From positions 18,944,132-19,007,484 of the forward strand of contig NC_068981.1 in the NCBI RefSeq assembly GCF_001194135.2: DNA of 63,353 nucleotides, in the 5' to 3' direction. This document shows positions 1 through 10,140 of the stretch, piece by piece. A program made the translations under genes and the position numbers. The notes beneath the pieces were generated by a model, which was given only the letters and a program-made list of their open reading frames with translations, did no database searches and was not told the origin of the DNA. This DNA is from Octopus bimaculoides (lineage: Eukaryota). The stretch's first letter is position 1, and each line of letters begins with the position of its first letter.

Positions 1-556
1 CTTCTAGAAGGCACTTCCATCTAGTCAAAGGATTTTCTGAACAATATCAGACAATACAACTCTGCATTTCAAATGAAATCGTTTGGTGCATCTAAGAAGA
101 TAGATAAACATGAATTTACGCCGACGTCAAAGTTCAAGGGCAAGTCTATCACCTCATTGGTTCCCTGTTACCCACAAATGAACAACCACATTTCCCCCAA
201 ATTTACTTTTGGGTGATGTAGGACAACAAACTCGAAGGAGGTGTTAAAATTTCAGATGATGGGTCGTGTTAGACACAGCGCTGACTGCTGCAAAAGAGAG
301 ATATCCACTGACAGCTTTTTGGTGCGTTCAAAAATCACATAACCCCCACCTCCAATTTTCCATGACAGGTTAGGGACTGAAATACTCCAAACAGACGCAT
401 AGCAGGTTGCTTAGTCAAATTAGTCCATCATTTACTCAACAAATGTTTTGTTGTCAATGCTGCACTTTCCCATATCACCTCTTTCAAAATAACTGTAATA
501 TATCATATACAAGCTAAGCCATTTTAATCCCGAGCAACGCCGAGCATCTCTGCTAG
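1..556 (+). mobile_element. Internally deleted Helitron: Rep N-terminal coding fragment plus 3' terminus
   Basis: Frame +1 from base 1 reads LLEGTSI*SKDFLNNIRQYNSAFQMKSFGA...KFKGQVYHLIGSLLP...PQIYF, the conserved Helitron Rep N-terminal block. It ends with a degenerate GC hairpin CCCGAGCAACGCCGAG and CTAG (553-556) followed by T. Confidence 0.85.
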
Positions 557-586
557 TATATATATATATAAACACACATATGTGTT

Positions 587-1270
587 TGTGGTGTACAAGA
601 GAGACGACTGCGCTGGTATGGTCATGTGATGCGTATGGACGAGGATAGATTTGTAAAGAAATGCCGATCTCTAGCTGTGGAGGGAATCTGTGGTAGAGGT
701 GGACCTAGGAAGGCATGGGATGAGATGGTGAAGCATGATCTTCGAACTTTGGGCCTGACAGAGGTAATGACTAGTGAGCGAGACCTTTGGTGATATGCTG
801 TGCTTGAGAAGACCTGTGAAGCCAAGTGAAATCGTAGTTGTAGCTGATGCTGGTGTCATTCGTGCTGGTGGCACGTAAAAAGTACCTTTCGAGCATTAGG
901 GCTCTTAGAGGAAAAGTGGCTGATGCCAGTGGCACGCGAAAAGCTCCTTTTGAGTGTTGGGACTCATGGAGGCAATGATTGAAATCTTTGGTATTATGTC
1001 GTGTTTGAGAAGAAGACCCTTAAGCCAAGTAAAATCGCAGTCGTGGCAGATACTGGTGTCATGCAAATGGCACTTGTACTGGTGGCACGTAAAGGTACCC
1101 ATTATACTCTGGGAGTCGTTGGTGTTAGGAAAGGCACCCAGCCGTAGAAACCATGCGAAATCAGATTGGAGTCTGGCGCAGCCTACCAGCTTGCCAGCCC
1201 TGGTCAAACCGTCCAACTCATGGCAGCATGGACAACGGACATTAATGATGATGATTATGATGATGATGAG
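587..1270 (+). mobile_element. 5'-truncated RTE-clade LINE, 3' end (ORF2 C-terminus, 3'UTR, (ATG)n tail)
   Basis: 587-829 translates to CGVQERRLRWYGHVMRMDEDRFVKKC...GRGGPRKAWDEMVKHDLRTLGL, typical of the RTE C-terminus. It ends in GATGATGAT repeats at a gap. Homologous to 4082-4468. Confidence 0.8.
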
Positions 1271-1699
1271 NNNNNNNNNNGTCCTCTTAAATGGTCAAGT
1301 GGCCTAAAAGTGACTTGTGGTTATAGTAATATTGATTGGAATTGTTCTGAATAAATTCATGGGTAGTGACTGTTTTGAATATATCGTTTTTAATATTTGC
1401 GGGGGTATTATTCTAAGGCCCTTGTAGTAATGTCATTTGTGGTGGACGCATCCAAAAGGGGTTTATATTTTGTGATAAAATATGACTCTTTACTAATGCA
1501 CTGACTACAGGTTGCATCGTCCCTGAATTTATNNNNNNNNNNGAATTTATAGACGGGACAAATTATGAAGTTAGGTTGTTCGTTAGTGGCGCAAATGTCA
1601 ATGTGTTTGCTGGATGTTATTTTTCAGTATTCCAGAATTTTAATCTGAGATCTATCTTGGGTCATCCTTTGGCGTAGACTGTTTTTGGTTTGGCCTATG

Positions 1700-2240
1700 C
1701 ATTGCCGCCCGGAAACTGCATCAACTGATTTCATCAGGAACTCTTGTGGGATGGAAGAAATAACTTCTCGTATTCGCCCAAAGTTCCTCCTAAGTCGTTG
1801 GTTTGGTAGAATAGACTTGTTCCTTTAATCAACCTAAAAGAAAAAAAAGTCTCAGGGTGTTAAATCAGGGCTTCTGGCCGGCCAATCATGCGGACCGCGA
1901 TGACCCATCGATCTCCCAATGAAGTGGGCATTCAGCCATTCACGTACTATAATAGCAAAATGTGGAGAAGCACCATTTTGCATAAAAATCAACTCTTCAA
2001 TATTCTTCCAACTACTGATAACTGGTCATATTTAATCTTGAAGCGTGGTGAGGTACCTTTTAGTATTCATGGTATTGCAAAAGATAAAGGGACCCTCAAT
2101 CCTGCCCGAAGTCGCTCCACGCCATACCGTTACCTTGGGCCGGTTCTGCATTTTTTCAGAGATAATACAAGGATCTTCTCCTGCCCATTTGTGGCAGTTG
2201 TGAAGGTCCACAAACCCACCCATGTGGAATACCGTTTCAT
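1700..2240 (-). pseudogene. Decayed Tc1/mariner-superfamily transposase (catalytic domain)
   Basis: Minus strand gives HNCHKWAGEDP...PKVTVW.G...GPFIF, FMQNGASPHFA (QDGAPPH motif) and WPARSPDLTP*DFF, followed by LKEQVYSTKPTT. Stops and frameshifts are present; no TIRs found. Confidence 0.85.
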
Positions 2241-2468
2241 CACTTCAGAGGATATTTTAAAAGAGATCATACTATTCTTTATACAAAGCCAACATCACCT
2301 CCCCCAAACTCTAACTTTCAAACAAAATAATTGATGTGAAAACAAAACAACAACAAAGAATTAATTAGTATACATTAAAGAACATACACAACAAATTTGA
2401 GGAAAAAATTATCGTTAATACATAAATTATCAGTATTTTCAAATAGGAAGTTAATTTTCAATCACCCT

Positions 2469-2469
2469 A

Positions 2470-2512
<43 letters not shown>
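2469..2512. repeat. (TATC)n microsatellite
   Basis: Direct observation; abuts an N gap. Confidence 0.95.
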
Positions 2513-3329
2513 NNNNNNNNNNAGCATCTAAAAGAGACATGAAGCAAACAGGTTAACGAGCTACATTATCTAATATGTCTTTCCTTTACTTACAATGTGA
2601 AAGTGTGATTTGAAGATTTGGTCACTATTTCTTGTGGATCAAATAATTATGTAAAAACTTCATTTGGAAACTGCATGCGATGCAATGTGCTCATAGTATA
2701 TCTGATTTATCATTAAACCAATCAGAAGAGGTGTTACATAATTGTTTAAATAATTTCATGAAGCATTCGCATCTCCATCAACAAATTATCTTCTCTTTTT
2801 TGAAAAGGAAACCATAGTTGTTTTAGAATTAAGAATTAGTATCTTAGTTTCAAAATTGAATGTTGATTAAACAATTCGTTAATCAATTCCTCCAGGGTTC
2901 ACACAGACAGTTAACCATAGTTTTCAACAAACATCATGACAAATGAAATGGATAACAAGAGATTTTCATTCTCTGACATTATATTCTTGTTAAAGATAAT
3001 ATCGAATTTTTAACTGGAAAATAATTGTTAATCAATTGGAACTTTTGCTGTATGCCGAAGAAAATTCTAATCTAGAATTAGAAAATTAGTAATTTTCATT
3101 AGGTTTGTTAGAATTAATGAAGGTTATTCTCACAAGGGAGAGAACTTCCAGATTTTCAATTGACCAAAAATTAAATGGAGATATTTCAATGGGAAACGAG
3201 TCTGAACTTTTGTAGTCATGTTGACAGCTCTTGACATGTTTTAATCTCTGCAGCAAACCATGGTCAGCACGAAACTGCCTAAGCACAGAATGATTTCAAA
3301 ATTATGTTTTGAGTTCGGAGAAAGGGCCA

Positions 3330-3715
3330 GGGCGCTTGCAGACTCTCTAAAGCTGGTGAGATGTATGGTTAAATCTATTTTAAAAGTGATGCAGGTCAAC
3401 ACCAGCGGGATAGATGTTAGCAGGAAAGAGATTGCACAGAGTCGATGTTCTGGGGATGAAAGACGGCTTAAGGAGGGAAAGTAAAGTTAGACTCACCAAG
3501 TGTGATGAGCAATGGTTAGATGAGAGGGTAGGATGAGTATGAGTGGTGAATGTATGAGACCAGCCAATTCTGAGGGGCCGAGGCTGTTACAGTAGCAATA
3601 GAAAAGACAAAGAGAGATGACGGTACACTTGTGAACCAAAGGCTGGAGTGTTTCTATTAGTGTTGGAATGCAAATCCACAAAGTGTCTCCTCTGTGAATA
3701 TGATTTAGGATTCTC
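3330..3715 (-). mobile_element. Decayed CR1/Jockey-group LINE, ORF2 C-terminal fragment
   Basis: Minus strand LQPLVHKCTVISLCLFYCYCNSLGPSELAGLI...SFIPRTSTLCNLFPANIYPAGVDLHHFK resembles the LQPLSHRR..SL.LFYRY..G.CS.EL...SF.PRTS.LWN.LP motif. Same family at 9330, 39990 and 50535. Confidence 0.6.
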
Positions 3716-4042
3716 ATGTGGTTTCAGGTTCAGTCTCACCACGCAACAGTTTGGTCAAGTAATTTCTACAATAGCCCCAGGACAATCAATGTCTTGTGAG
3801 TGAGTTTGTCATATATATATTTATATAACGTTATCATAAAGAACATTTTAGTACCAGTTTCTGTCTTTGCGACTTTTTCAGCTAAGAGTGAAGCATGAAA
3901 AACAATTAAATTGTGGAAAAATTAAATGAAATGNNNNNNNNNNNNNNNNNNNNNNNNNNNNNNNNNNNNNNNNNNNNNNNNNNNNNNNNNNNNNNNNNNN
4001 NNNNNNNNNNNNNNNNNNNNNNNNNNNNNNNNNATACATACA

Positions 4043-4073
<31 letters not shown>

Positions 4074-4081
4074 GAATATAA

Positions 4082-4468
4082 ATGCGTATTGACAAAGACA
4101 GCTGCCTAAAGAAGTGCCAATCTCTCACCGTGGAGGGAACCTGTCCAAGAAGCAGACCCAGGAAGACATGGGATGAGGTAGTGAAGTATAGGTTTTGGTT
4201 GTTGAGTCCTACGGAGATGATGAGAAGTGACCGAAACTTTTGGCGATTTGCTGTGCTCAAGAAGACACATCACACTAAATGAAATCACAGTCGTATCAAA
4301 TTGATGAGAGACGTAAAAGGCACCCTCTACACTGTGGGGTGGTTGGCATTAGGAAGGACACTCAGCTGTAGAAACCAAGCCAAAACAGAGTGGAGCCTGG
4401 TGCAGCTTACCAGTTCCAGTCGATCCGCCTAACCTGTGCCAGTATGTCTAACGGACACTAAATGACGA
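4082..4468 (+). mobile_element. 5'-truncated RTE-clade LINE 3' end (second copy)
   Basis: ORF MRIDKDSCLKKCQSLTVEGTCPRSRPRKTWDEVVK... and its 3'UTR are homologous to 587-1270. Confidence 0.8.
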
Positions 4469-5294
4469 TTTCACGCACACACACAAACACAGGAACCAGG
4501 GATATGTGTGTTGGAAGTTTGTAGGCTTCAAGCAGTAAACGTCTGGTATAGAGAACAAAAGTGGACAAAATACGATAAGGGAAAATAAAATTTTAATAGC
4601 ATCGAGAGTTACACATTTTTTCCCACATCGAAGTTGTGAAGAAATTTGATATGCAGCTAATTCTGCTAAAAATGCGAATAAAAAAAATCAAATTGAGGGA
4701 GTGGAACAGGTAAAATGTACGCTACATATGTTTCTTAAGTAGCTGAATCTCATGATGCAATTACTATGCAATGAATTCTATTCAACTTAGCTAATCCTGA
4801 GACTAAGATTACCTTAATAAATATTATATTGTTGCTCGGAATTTCTAAGTCATCCACAACACAATAGTGAGTTCAACTGAGATTCTGTTCGACAGCCTGA
4901 TGATTAGTTATATCGAGTAGATTTCATTGCATAACACTTGCTTCATGAGTTTCAGCTGGTTAAGAAGCATATGTAACGTACATTTTACCTGTTTCACTCT
5001 CTCAATTTGGATTTACACACACACACACACACACANNNNNNNNNNNNNNNNNNNNNNNNNNNNNNNNNNNNNNNNNNNNNNNNNNNNNNNNNNNNNNNNN
5101 NNNNNNNNNNNNNNNNNNNNNNNNNNNNNNNNNNNNNNNNNNNNNNNNNNNNNNNNNNNNNNNNNNNNNNNNNNNNNNNNNNNNNNNNNNNNNNNNNNNN
5201 NNNNNNNNNNNNNNNNNNNNNNNNNNNNNNNNNNNNNNNNNNNNNNNNNNNNNNNNNNNNNNNNNNNNNNNNNNNNNNNNNNNNNNNNNNNNNN

Positions 5295-5358
<64 letters not shown>

Positions 5359-5423
5359 CATATATATATGTATATATATGTATGTATGTATGTATATATG
5401 AATGTATATATGTGTGTGTATGT

Positions 5424-5642
5424 GTGTCTCTGTGTTTGTCCACCACCACCACCATTACAACCACCACCACTACTTCATAGCAAGTATTGGTTTGTGTGTG
5501 TTCCTCTAGCTTAGTACTTTGACAAAGGTGACTGATAGAGTAAGTACCAGGCTTAAAAAGTAATTTGTTCCACTAAACCCATCAGACAGTGCCCCAGCGT
5601 GGCCGCAGTCCAATGACTGAAAGAAGTAAAAGATAAAAGATA
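5424..5642 (+). mobile_element. SINE family B, 3' half
   Basis: Matches the 3' half of the full copy at 58203-58603, ending ...CCCCAGCGTGGCCGCAGTCCAATGACTGAAAGAAGTAAAAGATAAAAGA. Confidence 0.7.
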
Positions 5643-5944
5643 GATTACATACTTTGTTGTGGTCGCAAACAACAGCATCAGGCTGGGGTATAGTTTAATT
5701 TGGTTGCAGTGCTGTTCTTGTTGGCCGTTTGTGATATTTACATTCTTTTCTTTATTCTAGAGTTGTGTGGCTATTATATATCATGTCTCATGAGAAATTA
5801 GGATTTAAATGATTTTTGACGTGTGATTAATGTCTTCGTTGATTTATTTATTTTATTTTATTTTTTTATTTCAGATTGGAAAATGTAAAACCTACAGTAG
5901 TAATGTTTGATATTGTCTGTCCTTCTCTCTCAGAAAAAGATAAC

Positions 5945-5975
<31 letters not shown>

Positions 5976-6445
5976 AAGAAACAAAAAAGGGGAAAAAAAA
6001 GAAAAAAAAGAGATTGTAAAATAAGGAAGACTTTGCGGCAGGGTCTGACATTTCAAGAAATGATAGTCTGAAAGGTTGAAAGTGAAGTTGAGGGATGTTA
6101 GAAGGAAGTAAAATTGGGAGGGATATTAGTGAGATGACACACAGGTGATAAAGGGGTCAATGACTTAAGTGAAAAAGCAAATATAAAAAAATGAGTGGGG
6201 ACGAAAAGGGAATGGTAAAAGTTAGAAATATTGGAATACACACACACGCGCACACGCGCACACATAAATACATACATACATACATACATATATATATATA
6301 TATAATACTGGTAATACCATAGCGAACTACAATACTCTCCAATTGGTGATATAAGAGTTTATAAACCTCTTAATATAGAATATTAATAATAATAATTAAT
6401 ATTTTGGAATTGGTTCTCGAAGTACATATAAAGCTGTAAATAATA

Positions 6446-6654
6446 GTTTCAAATTTTGGTGCAAGGCCAGCACTTCTTTAGGGAAAGGGTTAGTCGATTA
6501 CATAGGCCCCAGTGTTTGACTGGTAATTATTTTATCAACCCTGAAAGGATGAAAGGTGAAGTCAAATTCGATGGAATTTGAACACATAACGTGAAAATGG
6601 AGGAAATACCGCTAAGCATTTTGTCAGGTGTGCTAACGATTCTGGCAGCTCACC
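6446..6654 (-). mobile_element. tRNA-derived SINE family A (A1 tail)
   Basis: Reverse complement matches GGTGAGCTGCCAGAATCGTTAGCAC...CCTTTCATCCTTTCAGGGTTGATAAAATAATTACCAG...GCTGGCCTTGCACCAAAATTTGAAAC. Confidence 0.85.
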
Positions 6655-6961
6655 AGAAAAGCAAAATCCTTTGCCACAATAATCAACACCTTGTAAACAA
6701 AAGGAGAGATATGAATTTTAAAGAAAATGACCAATCTTCATTCGCAGAGAGAAACATGATCATCATTTGCTGGTATAAATAACACTCACGCACAAATACA
6801 TACACACACACATATTTAAATATAAGAGCGTATTTGTATACACAAAGGGGAGAATATTGACAGGACTCCTTACACTGCGAAAAAGGCCATTATTTATGCA
6901 TCCTAACCACTGGTAATAAATTATTTTTATTACCTTCATATTTACGATATATATATATTTT

Positions 6962-7188
6962 TTGGGTTGTCCGGAAAGTTCGTGCCGATTTATAGTAGCT
7001 TACTTTTCGACTTATTTGCCATGAAACCACATCATTTCTGGGAAGAGGGTATTTTCAAGTTAAAAAGAAAGATGGAGACGTATTGTGCAACAAAATGGTT
7101 CATGTTTGGTTGATTAAAAATGTAATGACAAGTATTTATTGACCTTTTTCTTTCCTTTAAAAACCGACACGAACTTTCCGGACAACCC

Positions 7189-7190
<2 letters not shown>
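6962..7190 (+). mobile_element. Mariner-derived MITE (229 bp)
   Basis: ~30-bp TIRs TTGGGTTGTCCGGAAAGTTCGTGCCGATTT / AAAACCGACACGAACTTTCCGGACAACCCAA in TA-rich flanks. The interior encodes the mariner C-terminus FWEEGIFKL...ERWRRIVQQNGSCLVD*. Confidence 0.9.
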
Positions 7191-7220
<30 letters not shown>

Positions 7221-7277
7221 TAGATAGATAGATAGATGGATATATATATATATAGATAGATAGATAGATAGATAGAT

Positions 7278-7308
<31 letters not shown>

Positions 7309-7524
7309 TACACATATACATATACATATATATATTGTGTCTACAAGAGATATGGGTTCAAGTCCCATGGGCAGCCTTGCACCTCTCCTATCCAAAGGGC
7401 TTTTTAAATCTGCTTGCTGTTATTTATAATTTCATGTAATATACTTCGAGAATAGATGCCAAAAAGAATTATATATTTGTATGTATGCGTGTGTGTGTGT
7501 ATGTGTGTGTTGGTGTGTCTGTGT

Positions 7525-7559
<35 letters not shown>

Positions 7560-8285
7560 NNNNNNNNNNTTCGCGTGTATCGTCTACCTCACAAATGTAG
7601 ATGAATCCCATTGGTGGTGATTTTTTGAATTCTGTATGCAAATAATTTTCAACCAGTTGAACTTTAACCCTTAGAGAGGAAAAAGGAAAAACCTCAGCCA
7701 CATGAGTTAACACCTTGTAAACAAAAGAGATTATTTTAAGAAGTTATGCATTTCATAGAAAATTACCATTGTTCATACTTGGAGAAAAATCTTATCATTG
7801 TTAACCATCATGAAGGAAATATTTCGGCCTTGTAAGACCCCATCCGTGACAAGATTAACGGACAAAGTTGTTTACATGTAGAAAAATGATACAATTTTGA
7901 GGAGTTATAATTTTCATAATTAGAAAATAAAAATTAAAACATAAAATGCTAAGGGGGGAAATAACGCCAGATAGGCAATAAAATTATTTTAGGTAATTCA
8001 ACAGCTGATGTACTGAATCCTGCAGACAAGCATATTTAATTAACTGAAATTTAACTTTAAGTTGAAGAGTTACAAGTAGTATCTAAATTTATGTCATTGG
8101 TCGACTTGAGTTATTTCCCTTGACTCACTTTTTGGATGTATACAAATTACCACTGAATAAAGTTGTTTGCTGTTAATTTTCTACGTGTAAGAATCTCTTG
8201 TTCTGCGCAAGATATTTAACTGCATCTTTTAGTGAAGTTCTGGTCCAAGTAGATCAATATTTTGTGGGAGTGGAGTTAGCCCTCA

Positions 8286-8327
8286 GTGACCATTACTCCC
8301 GGGTCTGTGACCATTACTCCCGGGTCT
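8286..8327. repeat. 21-bp tandem duplication
   Basis: GTGACCATTACTCCCGGGTCT x2, exact. Confidence 0.9.
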
Positions 8328-9329
8328 GTTCTGGTCCTGAGTAGTAGTATTTGTCAAGGGTCCAGTTACGAGTCAAAACCAAATGCTTGTGCTCTGGTTA
8401 AAGCATACAAAATTGGGCTGGCTCCTAACCATATATCATACAAGCCTATTGGTGAGTGAACATGTCCTGATGTTACCGATGCACCAACAAGAACATGGAA
8501 GCGGTGGAAACAACTTTACTGTTAGTTGCTCTGTTATCTATGCACAGAAAAGTTATAAAAGGTGCTTGGAACCGAGAATGGGAAAAATCTTAAAGTGAGA
8601 CTAAGGAGAGTCAAGAGTTGAACTGAAGATCCAGTAAACAGCTCTTCCATTTAAACTCATTGAAAAATACAACAGTTATGTGAACCATTTCACCCTAAGA
8701 GTTAAATAGGCCTGATACCTCTAGAGTATGCTCAGAAGACTAGCTAAGTAAAATGTCAAAGAAGTGGCAGAAAATTTTGGGAACACATTGAATCTTTTCT
8801 TTGAAAAATCACGAATCTTTTTTACTCTGACATGGTGGTCCATAATCGTCGATACCATTAGGTATGGCTAAGAAAGAGAGAAAACATCTATACCTATAGA
8901 CTCAGCAGTTTTGAGGGGGCTTTGCTTCCCTGACGAAGACCTAAATATATTTGTACTCCTAGTAAAGATGAGATTTTTCTCCGACCATGGAAATACATAA
9001 TTTTTATTGGAGTTAATAAATTTTGAAATTATTTCTCCTGTTCTTTGAAGGATGCTAAAAATTCCCGATAGATTATCATTTCTTTTCTGTAACTAAAAAG
9101 TGAAAACCATTTCATTAAGATTGTTTTTTCTTTTACATTTTTTTTTTTTGCTGTTGTCATTCTGTACGTCAGCACCTTTCTGTATATATACTTACATATG
9201 TAAACTGGGGCGAAGAAAAAGAAAGGAGTTACCATTAGGTAAAAGTTCAGTTACTGAATTCATATCTTTTTATGACTTGGTGAGAAGTAAAGGCTTGGTC
9301 TCGTAACGTTCGTAGCCTATCTGAGACAT

Positions 9330-9730
9330 CAAAGGGTTTGGTTTTGTAAGTGGTTGCCAGCAGGTGTACGGATGTAGGAAAATTGTGGGAGGGAAGGCAT
9401 GTCTAGAGAGCTGACATGATGCTGAAGAAATTGGTACAGTAGTTACAGTAAGGCTGAGGTTACACAGTATAGCTGATGAAAGAAAAAACATGAAGTTGTC
9501 AGATGAGCCTGAGTGACGATGGTTTTTAGATACCGTTGTAGTAGTGGCGGAAAAACGGAGTGAAGAAACTTTATAGTGCAGAGATAGAAATGTGTTTGTG
9601 GGTTTGGCGATCAATGAGTCTTCTTTAGACGTGGTCTAGGATGTTGGAGCATGTAGTATGGAATATTTTTGCTTTGTTTCGAGATATTGTGCGCAGAGAT
9701 ACTCCGTCTGCTGGGCACACCACTCTGCTT
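9330..9730 (-). mobile_element. Decayed CR1/Jockey-group LINE fragment
   Basis: Minus strand LIAKPTNTFLSLHYKVSSLRFFRHYYNG resembles the C-terminal motif of the 3330 and 50535 copies; heavily degenerate. Confidence 0.4.
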
Positions 9731-10024
9731 TATGCTACACACGCTCTTTTGTTACTAATTCAAAAAAAATTCAACATAATTGTCCTAGCGTGTTTGGAAT
9801 TAGAAGGGGAATAACGTTGACAAAGAAATAATCTGTATTATATTTGGAATTACCATTACTTTGACCAATACCTTTGGAACGATTATTTTTTATTAGGAAT
9901 GATTATGCAACAATTTGACACTCACAGCAAATAGCAAGATACACTGTCCAAATGTAAATATGAGAACATTTTTCCTTTTTTTGCTAAAGAATTCTTTCCA
10001 GTCACAAAGAGAATAAATTTTCTC

Positions 10025-10140
10025 TTCCGTGGTCGATAAAATAAATATTAGGATCGATGTAATCGACTTTAACCTAGAAGGCGGTGCCCCAGCATGACCA
10101 CAGTCCAATAACTGAAGCTAGTAATAGAAATAAAAGAATA
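10025..10140 (+). mobile_element. Chimeric SINE fragment (family A centre plus family B tail)
   Basis: GGTCGATAAAATAAATATTAGGATCGATGTAATCGACT (A-type) runs into GAAGGCGGTGCCCCAGCATGACCACAGTCCAATAACTGAAG (B tail). Confidence 0.65.

Noticed and set aside
7664-8705. piggyBac-like TTAA-CCCTTAG ... CTAAGAG-TTAA pair
   Set aside because: Only 7 nt of inverted match with a mismatch; expected by chance.
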